64,000 bases of DNA from Alphaproteobacteria bacterium (GTDB lineage: Bacteria; Pseudomonadota; Alphaproteobacteria; MPNO01; UBA830), in the NCBI GenBank assembly GCA_964291215.2, contig OZ219791.1:480001-544000 (forward strand), written 5' to 3'. This document shows, in pieces, positions 21,930-34,325 of this stretch; positions within the stretch are counted from its first letter, which is position 1; every line of letters begins with the position of its first letter. The notes below the pieces were generated by a model, which was given only the letters and a program-made list of their open reading frames with translations, was not told the DNA's origin and ran no database searches. The position numbers and the translations under genes are program-made.

Positions 21930-23764
21930 TGCCCCGTCCCTTCCGATTCCGACAGGTAGCCCCGCGGCGTGTAGATCCATCGGCCGCCATCGTTGCGGCC
22001 AACCGCCCGCGTGCGCGACGAGCCGACAAGCACGGTTGTCAGCATGTCGGCATCGGCCGGATCGAGATCGCCGAGCGTCGTCGTGCGAACGCTCTCGCCA
22101 TCACGCCCGAGATTGCGGGCGATGATGACGGGCGTGGAGGCCGCGCGGGCGGCAAGCAGAACCTCGCGGGCGCGAGCGAGGTGCCCGGCACGCGACCGCG
22201 AGGCCGGGTTGTACAGCGCCACCACGAAATCGCCATCTGCCGCCGCCCGCAATCGCCGTTCGATGACGGACCACGGCGTCAGCAGGTCGGACAACGATAT
22301 CGCGCAGAAATCATGCCCGAGCGGCGCTCCGGCGCGCGCCGCCGCCGCCTGCAGAGCCGAGACCCCGGGACAAATCTCAAGCGCCGCCCGCCGCCAGTCG
22401 GGGCGCTCCTCCGCATCCATGAGCTCGAGGACCAGGGACGCCATCGCATAGATCCCGGGATCTCCGGACGAGACCAGCGCCACGGTCCTGCCAGCAGCAG
22501 CCAAATCGAGGGCTGCGCGCGCTCGCGCCGCCTCCTCTCCGAGTGCGAAGCCATGACACGCCTTTGCCGAGGCCCGGGGACCGAGCAGATCGAGATAGAG
22601 CGTGTAGCCTACCAGGTCCGAAGCCGCCGCAATCGCCGCCTCGCTCTCGGCAGTCATCCAACCACCACTGCCGGGGCCCAGGCCTACCACAAGCAGCCGC
22701 CCGCGAGGACGACCCGCGGGGGCCGCGTCAAGGGGCTGCGGCGCCCGGGCGACGGCGCAGGTCGTACGGCACGATTTCTTCTTGGCGACAACAAGCGTCC
22801 CCGCGGGACCGGCCGCCGCAAGCGCCGCGCCTTCGGCGACGCCGTGACAACCAACCTCGCGAAAGACGATCTCGGACGGTGTAACCAGCCGCGGGGTCTC
22901 AGCCTCAAGGGCCGCCGCGTCGAAAAATCGGGCTTCCGTTCCCAACATGCCCGCGGCGGCATGCACCGCGGGTTCGTCCATTTTCAGGTCCAGCGAGAAC
23001 AGTCCGGCAACGGCGCGGCGCGCCAATCCCGCTTCCTCGAGCGTGCGCCCGACCAGCTCCGTCAGTTCGGCCGGATCCGCGCCGCGCTCGCAGCCAACGC
23101 CGACGGCGAGCGCACGGGGGTGATAGACGAGATGGCCGGTGCCGCCCGGCACCGCCCGCACCGTCGTCGTGATCCGGAGTGCGCCGGCCCCGGAGCGTCG
23201 GATCCCGGCCCGTTCGATGAAGGGCGGAACCTCATCGCCATTCGAGCGCACGGCGGCGCCCGCCAGCAATGCAGCGGCGAAATTCCTGGCGTCCCCGGGA
23301 TTTGCCAGGACCCAGCCTTCGGGCGGCTCGTCGAGGGCGACTCCCAGTACGACATCGCTGGCGGTCGTGACCGCCGGCGCAACACCAAGTTCCGCGGCGA
23401 TGCGCCGCGCCAGATCGTTGGCTCCGCAATGGCCGCCGACGAGAGGAACCACGGCCGAACCGTCCTCGGCCACCGCCACGACCGGTGGCTCGACGCGCTT
23501 GTCGGCGAGGAGCGCGGCGAGGGCGCGGATCAGGATCGCTGTCGCGCAGACGCCGATCACCGGCCGGCCAGCCGAGAACAGCGCGCGGATCTGCTCCCCG
23601 GCGTCGTCGAACGTGATGTCGGCGCCGTCGACCCGCCGCGCCAGACCGAACACGCGGGCGTTGGCCAGGAGGTTCGCAATGCGGCGACCGATCGCGAGCC
23701 CGCCCGGCCCGAGCACCACGATTGCGGGCGCTGCGCCGGCCCGATCCGCGTCGGTCATCGCCAA
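21926..23764 (-). CDS. cobJ: CbiG/CobE-CobJ fusion (precorrin-3B C17-methyltransferase)
   Basis: DKRVEPPVV, GGHCGAN, GVAEGAAL then VGLGPG, SSGDPGIYAMA, HDFCAISLSDLLTPW, YTPRGY. Confidence 0.93.
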   Translation of the reverse strand: MAMTDADRAGAAPAIVVLGPGGLAIGRRIANLLANARVFGLARRVDGADITFDDAGEQIRALFSAGRPVIGVCATAILIRALAALLADKRVEPPVVAVAEDGSAVVPLVGGHCGANDLARRIAAELGVAPAVTTASDVVLGVALDEPPEGWVLANPGDARNFAAALLAGAAVRSNGDEVPPFIERAGIRRSGAGALRITTTVRAVPGGTGHLVYHPRALAVGVGCERGADPAELTELVGRTLEEAGLARRAVAGLFSLDLKMDEPAVHAAAGMLGTEARFFDAAALEAETPRLVTPSEIVFREVGCHGVAEGAALAAAGPAGTLVVAKKKSCRTTCAVARAPQPLDAAPAGRPRGRLLVVGLGPGSGGWMTAESEAAIAAASDLVGYTLYLDLLGPRASAKACHGFALGEEAARARAALDLAAAGRTVALVSSGDPGIYAMASLVLELMDAEERPDWRRAALEICPGVSALQAAAARAGAPLGHDFCAISLSDLLTPWSVIERRLRAAADGDFVVALYNPASRSRAGHLARAREVLLAARAASTPVIIARNLGRDGESVRTTTLGDLDPADADMLTTVLVGSSRTRAVGRNDGGRWIYTPRGYLSESEGTGQ

Positions 23765-24471
23765 GCCGCGCCGCGCCTGTGGACGAGAATGATCGAGAAA
23801 TACGGCGCCTCATCCCGCACCTCCTCGAACGGGACCACGCGTTCGGCCTCCATCGTCGCCCTCTCGACATAAAGCGCATCGCCCGCCAGGCCGAGCTCGT
23901 GAAGGAGATCCCGGATCTTCTTCACATGCCGCCCGACCTTGATGAACGCCGCAGCGTCGGCCGTCCGCAGCCGTTCCCTCATGTCCTCGACGGGAAGCGG
24001 GCCGGGGATGACCGCAAGAGTGTCCTGGCCGGCCGTCAACGGCGCTCCGAGCACGGCGGCGCACGCCGTCAGCGAGCAGATGCCGGGCACGATCTCGGTT
24101 CGGTACCCGCCGGCGAGGCGGCCGAAGAGGTAAATGAACGATCCGTAGAAGAACGGGTCGCCTTCGCAGATCACCGCGACATCCTCGCCGTCGTCGAGCG
24201 CCGCACCGATGTCGCCCGCGGCGCGGTCATAAACCTTGGCGGCCGGAAATTCACCAGCCGTCAGCGCCATGCGAATCGGGATCTCGCGCTGCTGTCCTGT
24301 CAGGTGCGGCGCCGCGATGCGGCGCGCGAGGCTCGGGCCGCGCTCGGGGCCCGGCCAGGCAATGACCGGCGCCGTCCGGAGCACACGCCGCGCCTTCAGC
24401 GTGATCAGCTCGGGATCGCCGGGCCCGACGCCGACGCCGTAGAGCGTGCCCGCTGCGGCGGCCGCCGTCAT
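23755..24471 (-). CDS. cobI: precorrin-2 C20-methyltransferase
   Basis: GVGVGPGDPELITLKA, CEGDPFFYGSF, PYFS. Confidence 0.95.
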   Translation of the reverse strand: MTAAAAAGTLYGVGVGPGDPELITLKARRVLRTAPVIAWPGPERGPSLARRIAAPHLTGQQREIPIRMALTAGEFPAAKVYDRAAGDIGAALDDGEDVAVICEGDPFFYGSFIYLFGRLAGGYRTEIVPGICSLTACAAVLGAPLTAGQDTLAVIPGPLPVEDMRERLRTADAAAFIKVGRHVKKIRDLLHELGLAGDALYVERATMEAERVVPFEEVRDEAPYFSIILVHRRGAAWR

Positions 24472-25676
24472 GGCCTGGTCAGGACGAGCTGGGTCACAGG
24501 CATGAACGGCTTCCAGCCGGCAAATGATCCGACCGGAGCCGCCCGCGACACCGAGATGCGGCCGAGGCGTCCGTCATGGCGTCCACCGAACGCGATCAAT
24601 ACGGTCTCGCTCTCCAGCGTTACTGCATTGGCGACAAGACGGCCACCGGACCGGAGCGCCTGCCAGCATGCCTCCAGCATTCCGGGAGCCGTGACGCCGC
24701 CGCCGATGAAGACCGCATCGGGCGCATCGAGCGCTGCCAGCGCCGCCGGCGCCTCGCCCTCGACTACCTCGAGCCGCGGCACCCCGAGCGCCATGGCATT
24801 GGCCGTGATCAGCGCCGCGCGTTCCGGGCGCCTCTCGATCGCGACGGAACGGCACGCGGAATGGGATCGCATCCATTCGACCGCGACCGTTCCGCACCCC
24901 GCTCCGACATCCCACAGCCTTTCCCCGGGACCGGGCGCCAGCGCGGCGAGCGTTACCGCACGCACCTCCCGCCCCGTCATGTTGCCGTCGCTGGCGAAGA
25001 CATCGTCGGGAAGCCCGGCGATGCGCGACAGGACAACAGCCCCGGATCCGGCCACGCAACGGACGGCAATCGTGTTGAACGGCCGTATATCGCCGCGGTC
25101 CCAACTGGCTGCGGTGCCCCGGATGATGCGCTCGCCGGCGCCGCCCATATGTTCCAGCACCGTCAGTTCACTGTCCCCGTAGCCGCGCCCGGCCAGCAGC
25201 GCGGCAAGCGCGGCGGGCGTTTCCACGCCGTCGGCGAGGACCAGCAACCGCGCACCGGGGGCGATGAACGGAATCACAGTCTCGAGCGGACGCCCGTGCA
25301 GCGTCAGCGTCTCGATATCGGCCAGCGGCCAGCCGACGCGCGCTGCCGCGAGCGAGAACGCTGAGAGCGAGGGAATGATCTCGATCTCGTCCGCCGCGAA
25401 ATGACGCGCGAGCACGACGCCGACCCCGTAGAACATCGGGTCGCCGGTGGCGAGCACGCAGACGCGCCGTCCGCGGTGGCGCACCAGCTCCGGAACCATG
25501 GCCCCGAGCGGACGCGGCCAGCCCAGACGCGGGCGGCCGTCGTCGGGAATCATGGCGAGATGGCGGTCGCCGCCGACAAGGATCTCGGCGCCGTCGACCA
25601 GGGTTCGGGCGCGCTCGCCCAGGCCCTCGAGACCGTCCTCGCCGATGCCGATCACCGAGAGCCAGCGCGCCGTCAT
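24468..25676 (-). CDS. cobL: precorrin-6Y C5,15-methyltransferase (CbiE/CbiT)
   Basis: IGIGEDG, LATGDPMFYG, LWDVGAGCG, LVANAVTLESE. Confidence 0.95.
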   Translation of the reverse strand: MTARWLSVIGIGEDGLEGLGERARTLVDGAEILVGGDRHLAMIPDDGRPRLGWPRPLGAMVPELVRHRGRRVCVLATGDPMFYGVGVVLARHFAADEIEIIPSLSAFSLAAARVGWPLADIETLTLHGRPLETVIPFIAPGARLLVLADGVETPAALAALLAGRGYGDSELTVLEHMGGAGERIIRGTAASWDRGDIRPFNTIAVRCVAGSGAVVLSRIAGLPDDVFASDGNMTGREVRAVTLAALAPGPGERLWDVGAGCGTVAVEWMRSHSACRSVAIERRPERAALITANAMALGVPRLEVVEGEAPAALAALDAPDAVFIGGGVTAPGMLEACWQALRSGGRLVANAVTLESETVLIAFGGRHDGRLGRISVSRAAPVGSFAGWKPFMPVTQLVLTRP

Positions 25677-26302
25677 GGTGCCGGCCGTTCGAGCACCGCG
25701 TTCACGGCGGCCGCGGCCATCGCGCTGCCGCCGAGCCGGCCCGAGAGCGCAAGATACGGCACGCCGTGGGTTCCGGAGGCAAGGGCATCCTTGGATTCCG
25801 CCGCGCCCACGAACCCGACGGGGAAACCGAAGATTGCCGCGGGCCGGCGGCCGGGCTCGGCATCGAGGATCTCGAGGAGGCGGAAAAGGGCGGTCGGCGC
25901 AGTGCCGATGATGACGACGCTTCCGGGCAGGAACGGTTTCCAGAGTTCCACCTGGGCCGCCGAACGGGTGGTGCCGTGCTGCCGCGCCAGCTCCGCGACA
26001 TTCGGCATGTCGAGCATGCTCAGCAGGCGGTTGCCGGCGGGCAGCGCCGCGCGCTGGATTCCCGATGTCGCCATCGCGCTGTCCGAGATGACCGGCGCGC
26101 CGCCGTCGAGAGCGCGCCGCGCCGCGGACGCGACATCGTCCTTCCAGCGCAGGTGGGAGACGATCTCCGGCATGCCGGAGGCATGCACCACGCGCAGCGC
26201 GATACGGGCGATGTCGTCCGGCAGCGCCGTGAGATCAGTTTCGGCGCGCACGATCTCGAACGATCGCCGGTAGATCTCCGCAGGATTGCGGAGATAGTTC
26301 AT
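25673..26302 (-). CDS. cobH: precorrin-8X methylmutase
   Basis: YLRNPAEIYRRSF, TTRSAA, APTALFRL, PVGFVGAAESK. Confidence 0.95.
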   Translation of the reverse strand: MNYLRNPAEIYRRSFEIVRAETDLTALPDDIARIALRVVHASGMPEIVSHLRWKDDVASAARRALDGGAPVISDSAMATSGIQRAALPAGNRLLSMLDMPNVAELARQHGTTRSAAQVELWKPFLPGSVVIIGTAPTALFRLLEILDAEPGRRPAAIFGFPVGFVGAAESKDALASGTHGVPYLALSGRLGGSAMAAAAVNAVLERPAP

Positions 26303-27309
26303 CACCGCTCGTGCTTCGCGCCATCGGCGCGCTTCATGCTCTCCGGACCGAGCGGGTGCCCGGCATGGGGATAGGGATGATGATGGCCGTGCCGGTGCGC
26401 ATGCCCAGGATGATGGTGATGACCGGTCCCGATGCCCTCGACGTGATGATGATGACTCTGCTGCGGCAGGCCGACCTCGTCCTCGAACCCGAGCACCGCC
26501 TCCCGATACTTGCAGAGTTGGCAATTCATATTTCCGGCACCGTTCCGGATTTCGTCGATCCGCTCCATAACGGTATCGAGAACCGCCGGATGATCGCGCA
26601 GATACGGCGCCTTGATGAACTCGATCTCCGGATGACGCACGGCCGCACGGTCGACCTCGTCATATATGCGCCGGACTAGGACGCCGGTGAACAGGAAATA
26701 GGGCAGGACGACGATGCGCGGGAAGCCAAGCCTCGCCGCATAGTCGAGCGCCGGTCCGGTCAGCGGGAAGGTGACGCCGGAATAGGCGGTCTCGCCCCAC
26801 CCGAAGCCGAAACCTTCCCAGAGGAGGCGCATCACCTTGGCCACGTTGCTATTGGCGTCAGGATCCGAACTGCCACGCCCGACGACCACGAGAAGCGTCT
26901 CCGCCGCCGGCACCTCCCGGTCCGCCGTGGCCTGTGCCTCCCGGATGCGCCCGCCCCCGGCCTGCAGCATTTTCGCATCGACGCCGAGTTCGCGCCCGTA
27001 GCGCACCGTGACCCCGTTCGTCCCGGCCGCCCACCGGTTCAGCACCGACGGGATGTCGTTCTTTGCATGGCCGGCGGCGAACAGCATTCCGGGAACCGCC
27101 AGGATCTCGGTCGCCCCGCGCGCGGCCAGGGTGTCGAGACCGTCCCGGATCACCGGGGTCGCGAATTCGAGAAAACCGTGTTCCACCGGCATCCCCGCCG
27201 CGCGCGCGCGAATGGCAGCCGCGAACGCCTCGAACTCGGCAACGGCTGCCGCATCGCGGCTGCCATGCCCGCAAATCATCAGCCCAGTGGTCACGATCGC
27301 CTCCCGCAT
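26302..27309 (-). CDS. cbiX: CbiX-family chelatase (long form, Fe-S motif, His-rich tail)
   Basis: CGHGSRD, FAAGHAKNDIP, GRGSSDPDAN, PYFLFTG, MNCQLC, poly-His C terminus. Confidence 0.92.
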   Translation of the reverse strand: MREAIVTTGLMICGHGSRDAAAVAEFEAFAAAIRARAAGMPVEHGFLEFATPVIRDGLDTLAARGATEILAVPGMLFAAGHAKNDIPSVLNRWAAGTNGVTVRYGRELGVDAKMLQAGGGRIREAQATADREVPAAETLLVVVGRGSSDPDANSNVAKVMRLLWEGFGFGWGETAYSGVTFPLTGPALDYAARLGFPRIVVLPYFLFTGVLVRRIYDEVDRAAVRHPEIEFIKAPYLRDHPAVLDTVMERIDEIRNGAGNMNCQLCKYREAVLGFEDEVGLPQQSHHHHVEGIGTGHHHHPGHAHRHGHHHPYPHAGHPLGPESMKRADGAKHER

Positions 27310-28299
27310 CGACTGTCCCCGCCACGGCCATTGATCTGCGTGGCCGCAGGCGCAATGTTAGCAGCATGGTCCTGGATTGGTACTCTCACGATGCCGCCGT
27401 TGTCCACCCGCTGCTCGTCGTGCTCCTGGCGCTGGCGATTGATGCCGCGATCGGCGACCCGCCGCGACTCTACGAGCGGCTTCCCCATCCGGTTGCGCTC
27501 TTCGACGGGCGATCGCATCACTCGAACGGCGGCTCAACCTTCCCGGGCGCGGCGACCGCCGCCGGTTCGCCGCCGGGATGTTTGCGAGTCTTCTCCTGAT
27601 CGCCGCCGCCGCCGCCGCCGGATACGCCGTCCAGTGGGGCCTGTCGCAGTTTCGCTACGGCTGGATCGCCGGCGCTGCCGTGGCCAGCACCCTGCTCGCA
27701 TACCGGTCGCTGCACGACTATGTCCGCGCCGTCGCCGACGGGCTCGACCGCTCGCTCGCCGACGGCCGGGCGGCGGCCGGGCACATCGTTGGCCGCGACC
27801 CTGACTCGCTCGACGGCCACGGGGTCGCCCGCGCCGGAATCGAGTCGCTTGCCGAGAATTTCTCCGACGGGGTGGTGGCGCCAGTGCTCTGGTTCGCGCT
27901 GCTCGGCCTGCCCGGCATCTTTGCCTGCAAGGCCATCAATACCCTCGACAGCATGATCGGCCACCGCGACGCGGACCACGAACATTTCGGGAAATTCGCC
28001 GCGCGCGCCGACGACGCGATGAACGCGGTCCCGGCGCGCATCGCCGGCCTGCTGATCGTCGTCGCGGCGGCCTGGGGCCGCAATACACGCGCTGGCGACG
28101 CGTGGGTGGCGATGGTCCGCGACGCCGCACGCCACCGTTCGGTCAATGCCGGCTGGCCGGAGGCGGCGATGGCCGGCGCTCTCGGCCTCGCCCTTGCCGG
28201 ACCCCGACACTACGCCGGGACGGCCGTCGACGACGCTTGGTTGAATCCCGACGGCCGCGCCGGAGCCGTCGGCGCCGACATCCACACGGCGCTCAGCCT

Positions 28300-29802
<1,503 letters not shown>

Positions 29803-29960
29803 GGGCCGGTTCCGGCACAGGAACGGCGCAGGTTGCCGAGGACAGAAAGCCTGTCGTCCCGCCGAAAACCGGGCAATGCCCACAGCACGGGGCGGATCAT
29901 CATTCGCTTGTCCCGGCTTGAATCACCTGTCCGATCGCGCCATCTGTTCGCGCATGCGAA

Positions 29961-30584
29961 CTAGAATTCTATCCCCTTCTGGGCGCGCACGTTCTGCTCG
30001 CGGAAGGGATGCTTGACCTGGGTCATCTCGGTGACGAGATCAGCCGCCTCGATCAGTTCGGGCCGTGCATTGCGGCCGGTCACGACGACATGGAGCATGC
30101 GCCGACGGCCGCCGAGAACCTCGAGCACTTCGCCGAGATCCAGATAGTTGTAGCGGAGGACGATGTTGAGCTCGTCGAGAACGACGAGGTCGTAGGACGG
30201 ATCGGCCATCAGCTCACGCGCAACTGTCCAGGCGCGTTCGGCCGCCGCGATGTCACGCGCCCGATCCTGGGTTTCCCAAGTGAAGCCCTCGCCCATGGTG
30301 CGAATGGTAACCTGATCGGGAAAGCGCTCCAGCACCGCGCGCTCCCCGGTCTGCCATTTCCCCTTCACGAACTGGACCACGCCGACCTTCATGCGATTGC
30401 CGACGGCGCGGGCCACGAGGCCGAACGCCGCGGTCGACTTGCCCTTGCCCTTGCCGGTGTGAACGATCAGCAAGCCCTTCTCGACGGTCTTGTCTGCGAG
30501 CATGCGGTCGCGCGCCTGTTTGCGCCGGCGCGACTTCTCGTCGGCGCGCGCCAGCTCCTCGGCGGTCTGCGGTTCTCGGGTCAT
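29961..30584 (-). CDS. cobO: cob(I)yrinic acid a,c-diamide adenosyltransferase
   Basis: HTGKGKGKSTAAFG, GEGFTWETQ, VVTGRNA, GIEF. Confidence 0.97.
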   Translation of the reverse strand: MTREPQTAEELARADEKSRRRKQARDRMLADKTVEKGLLIVHTGKGKGKSTAAFGLVARAVGNRMKVGVVQFVKGKWQTGERAVLERFPDQVTIRTMGEGFTWETQDRARDIAAAERAWTVARELMADPSYDLVVLDELNIVLRYNYLDLGEVLEVLGGRRRMLHVVVTGRNARPELIEAADLVTEMTQVKHPFREQNVRAQKGIEF

Positions 30585-33500
30585 TGCGATGGTGCTCCCA
30601 GTTCCCTGAGCCGATGATACGCCGCATTGGATCGCGGGCGCCAGAGCTCGCGCTCGCGCGCCTCGAGAAGGCGGTCCGCAATCTCGCGAAGCGCCGCCGG
30701 GTTGCTGTCCTCGAGAAACGCGAGCACCTCGGGGTCACCGAGATAGGCCTCAAACACGAGGTCGAAGTGATGGTTCTTGACGCAACGCGCGGTCGCGGCG
30801 AAGGCGAACAGGTAGTCAACGGTCGCAGCGATCTCGAAGGCGCCCTTGTAGCCGTGGCGCATGACGCCGGCGATCCACTTGGGATTGACGACGCGAGCGC
30901 GCACGACACGGCCGATCTCGTCCTCAAGCGTGCGGATGCGGGGCGATTCCGGGCGTGAATGGTCGTTGTGCCAGACTGCCGGCTGGCGCCCGGAGAGCGT
31001 GCGCACTGCAGCCGTCATGCCGCCCTCGAACTGGTAGTAATCGTCGGAATCCAGAAGGTCGTGCTCGCGGTTGTCCTGGTTGTGAACGACCGCCTCGACA
31101 TTGCCGAGACGGCGCTCGAGCAGCCCGTGTTCGGCAACCCCCTCGGCCCCGTCGCCATAGGCATAGCCGCTCCAGGCAACATAGGCCGAGGCGAGGTCCG
31201 CATCCGTGTCCCAGCCGCGCTCGTCGATCAGCGCCTGAAGGCCGGCGCCGTAGGAACCGGGCCGCGATCCGAACACGCGGTGACCCGCACGGCGGCGGGC
31301 GGTTTCGGGATCGGCGCCCGCGGCAACCAGCGCCGCGGTATCATGCGCGACCTGCGCGGCCAGCGGGTTCCGTTCCGGAGGTTCGTCGAGCGCGGCCACG
31401 GCGCGAGCCGCCGAATCGAAGAGATCGATCTGCGCCGGAAACGCGTCGCGGAAGAATCCGGAGAGCCTGAGCGTGACATCGACCCGGGGCCGGCCCAGCA
31501 CGTCGGCGGGCATGACTTCAAACCCGCTGATGCGCCCCGAGCCGGCGTCCCATTGCGGGCGCGCGCCGATGAGCGCCAGCGCCTGCGCGATGTCGTCACC
31601 GCCGGTGCGCATGTTCGATGTGCCCCACGCCGAAAGCGCCATGTGCCGGGGCCACTCGCCATGTTCCTGGACGTGCCGTTCGACGAGAAGCGATGCGGAC
31701 TTCCAGCCCAGCGTCCAGGCCGCCGCGGTCGGGATGGTGCGCGTGTCGACAGAGTAGAAGTTGCGCCCCGTCGGCAGGACCTCAGGGCGCCCCCGCGTCG
31801 GGGCGCCGGACGGTCCCGGATCGACGAAACAGCCGTCAAGCGCAGCCAGCGCGCCGCCAATCTCCGCCGCGCCGCAGGCATCGACCTGCGGCGCCATCCC
31901 GGTGACGATCCCGTCGAGCACGGCGCGGGTCGCCGCCCAGCCCGGCGGCGCGGCGCGGCGGTCGGCGACGAGGTCGAGCGCCAGTTCCTCGAGCCGCTCA
32001 ACGGTGTCGCCGTTGGTGCGCCACGGCGCGCCGCCGGCAAGCTCGGGCGGACGCGCCCCCGTCCACGGCGCCCCCAGCACGCAGTCGAGGGGATCAAACC
32101 CGGCAAATCCCAGATCCCCGGCCAGCGCCCGCAGGATCGAGGCGTTGCCGTCACGCCCGCCGCCCCGGGAGAGGCGTGCCAGCGCGACGAGGAGCGCGTC
32201 CCGTTGCGTCCCCGACGGGCTCTTTCCGAAAACGTGAAGGCCGTCGCGGATCTGCATTTCCTTGAGCTCGCAGAGATAGTTGTCGAGCTTGGCAAGCGCC
32301 TCGTCAGCCGGTTCGGCGGCGCCGATTCCGCAGTCCGCGTCGAGCCCGGCGCTGCGCGCACATTCGAGGATTTCGTCGCCGAGGAGGCGGAGGCGCCGCG
32401 GGTCGACGCCGGCGGCGTCGTAATACTCGTCGACCAACCGCTCGAGGTCAGCAAGCGGTCCATAGGTCTCGGCGCGCGCCAGCGGCGGCGTCAGATGGTC
32501 GATGATGACGGCCGCCGCGCGCCGCTTCGCCTGGGTTCCTTCCCCGGGATCATTGACGATGAAGGGGTAGATGTTGGGAAGCGGGCCCAGCGCCGCTTCC
32601 GGGAAACAATCCGCCGACAGCGCCAGCGACTTGCCGGGAAGCCATTCCAGGTTGCCGTGTTTGCCCATTTGGATCACCGCGTCGGCGGCGAAGCCCCGGC
32701 GCAGCCAGGCGTAGAAGGCGAGATAGCCATGCGGCGGCACCAGCGCCGGATCGTGGTAGCTGCGGGCCGGGTCGAGATTGTAGCCGCGGGCTGGCTGCAG
32801 GCCGATAGCGATATTGCCGCAACGGAACGCGGAAACCGCAAACCGGCCGCGTGCGCCAGGCCCGGCAAGAAAGAACGGATCGCGCGACGGCGGTCCCCAC
32901 CGCGTGATCACCGCGTCGCGCACGGCGTCACCGAGCGAGGCGAGAAACTCCTCGTAGTCGGCAAGCGGCAGCGTTTCGGCGATGCGCCTTCCGGCAACGC
33001 CGGCATTGGTCGGGCCCGAAAGCAGCCGGGCGACGAGCGCATCGCCGCTTTCCGGCATGTCCGCAACCCCGTACCCGGCACCGGCCATCGCGCCGAGCAG
33101 CGCCATGGTTCCCGCCGGGGTGTCGAGCCCGACGCCGTTGCCGATGCGCCCGTCGCGGTTGGGATAGTTGGCCAGGACCACGCCGACGCGGCGCTCCGGG
33201 GCCGGCCGCAGGCGAAGCCGGACCCAGGCCGCCGCCAGATCGGCCACGAACGCAATCCGGTCGGGCACGCTCCGGTAGCGGACGGTCGCAATCTCGGTCC
33301 GGGGATCGAACGCGCTTTCGGATTTGAAGGCGACGGCGCGGGTGACGATGCGGCCGTCAACTTCCGGAAGAGCGACGTTCATTGCGATGTCGCGCGCCGC
33401 GAGGCCGTTGTCGCTGGCCTTCCATCCGGCCTCGGTGGCCGCGGCGAGGACGGTCTGCAGCACCGGCGCGCGCGACGGGGTGAGCGGCGCGGCGCTGGCG

Positions 33501-34324
33501 GCGCCGGGCGACGACACCGCGAACCCCGTGGCATTGAGCACCACCGCCGGTGGCATGGCGGACAGGAGCTCGCCGGCGACGGCCGCGCATACGCCGTCCC
33601 TGAGGCTCTGCACGAAGAGCGGCAGCGGATTGAGTCCGCGCGCCGCAAGCGCCGCGATCAGCGCGTCGATCGGCTCGAGGTCGCCCGACTGGAGCAATGC
33701 GCGGTAGAACACGACTGCCGCCACGGGGTTGTCGCCGGTCCATTGCACCCGGATCGCTGCTGCATCCGGCATGTCGAGCCCGGTCCAGTAAAGGCCCGCC
33801 GGCATCAGCGGCAACGGTTCCGTCCAGCTGCCTTCGCGGCCTGTCAGATGGGCCGCGAAGGCAAGGAAACCGTCGGCGTTTGCGGCGCCACCGTGGACGA
33901 GGTACTGCCAGAGCCGCCTTGCGTCCTCGTCGGCCACCGTCGAGAGCTGTGCCAGTTCAGGATCGGGCCGCTGGTCCCCGGGCAGGGCCGCGAAGTCTAT
34001 GTTCCGGCACCTGCAGGTCTCCGCGATCCGGTCGATCCCGTAGGGCCAGTAAGCGGCGCCACCGAGCAGGCGGACGACCACGAGCCGGGCGTGGCGGACG
34101 ATCTTTTCGACATAGAGGTCGACCGACACGTGGTGGCGGAGCTGCAGGAGGTTGGCGAGGCGGAGCGCGGGCGCATCGGCAGGCTTCCGGGCCTGCGCCG
34201 CGGCGAGGATCGCGAGTTCCGTGTCGGCCGCCGACAGGACGACGATGTCAGCGGGCGTCTGATCGAGGTCGACAGCTCCGGCGCCGTCGGAGACAACGCC
34301 GGGCTTCGCCGCGAGGAGGTGCAT
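30581..34324 (-). CDS. cobN: cobaltochelatase subunit CobN
   Basis: MHLL start, GKHGNLEWLPGK, PSGAPTRGR, RHGYKGA; 1247 aa. Confidence 0.97.
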   Translation of the reverse strand: MHLLAAKPGVVSDGAGAVDLDQTPADIVVLSAADTELAILAAAQARKPADAPALRLANLLQLRHHVSVDLYVEKIVRHARLVVVRLLGGAAYWPYGIDRIAETCRCRNIDFAALPGDQRPDPELAQLSTVADEDARRLWQYLVHGGAANADGFLAFAAHLTGREGSWTEPLPLMPAGLYWTGLDMPDAAAIRVQWTGDNPVAAVVFYRALLQSGDLEPIDALIAALAARGLNPLPLFVQSLRDGVCAAVAGELLSAMPPAVVLNATGFAVSSPGAASAAPLTPSRAPVLQTVLAAATEAGWKASDNGLAARDIAMNVALPEVDGRIVTRAVAFKSESAFDPRTEIATVRYRSVPDRIAFVADLAAAWVRLRLRPAPERRVGVVLANYPNRDGRIGNGVGLDTPAGTMALLGAMAGAGYGVADMPESGDALVARLLSGPTNAGVAGRRIAETLPLADYEEFLASLGDAVRDAVITRWGPPSRDPFFLAGPGARGRFAVSAFRCGNIAIGLQPARGYNLDPARSYHDPALVPPHGYLAFYAWLRRGFAADAVIQMGKHGNLEWLPGKSLALSADCFPEAALGPLPNIYPFIVNDPGEGTQAKRRAAAVIIDHLTPPLARAETYGPLADLERLVDEYYDAAGVDPRRLRLLGDEILECARSAGLDADCGIGAAEPADEALAKLDNYLCELKEMQIRDGLHVFGKSPSGTQRDALLVALARLSRGGGRDGNASILRALAGDLGFAGFDPLDCVLGAPWTGARPPELAGGAPWRTNGDTVERLEELALDLVADRRAAPPGWAATRAVLDGIVTGMAPQVDACGAAEIGGALAALDGCFVDPGPSGAPTRGRPEVLPTGRNFYSVDTRTIPTAAAWTLGWKSASLLVERHVQEHGEWPRHMALSAWGTSNMRTGGDDIAQALALIGARPQWDAGSGRISGFEVMPADVLGRPRVDVTLRLSGFFRDAFPAQIDLFDSAARAVAALDEPPERNPLAAQVAHDTAALVAAGADPETARRRAGHRVFGSRPGSYGAGLQALIDERGWDTDADLASAYVAWSGYAYGDGAEGVAEHGLLERRLGNVEAVVHNQDNREHDLLDSDDYYQFEGGMTAAVRTLSGRQPAVWHNDHSRPESPRIRTLEDEIGRVVRARVVNPKWIAGVMRHGYKGAFEIAATVDYLFAFAATARCVKNHHFDLVFEAYLGDPEVLAFLEDSNPAALREIADRLLEARERELWRPRSNAAYHRLRELGAPSQ

Positions 34325-34325
34325 T

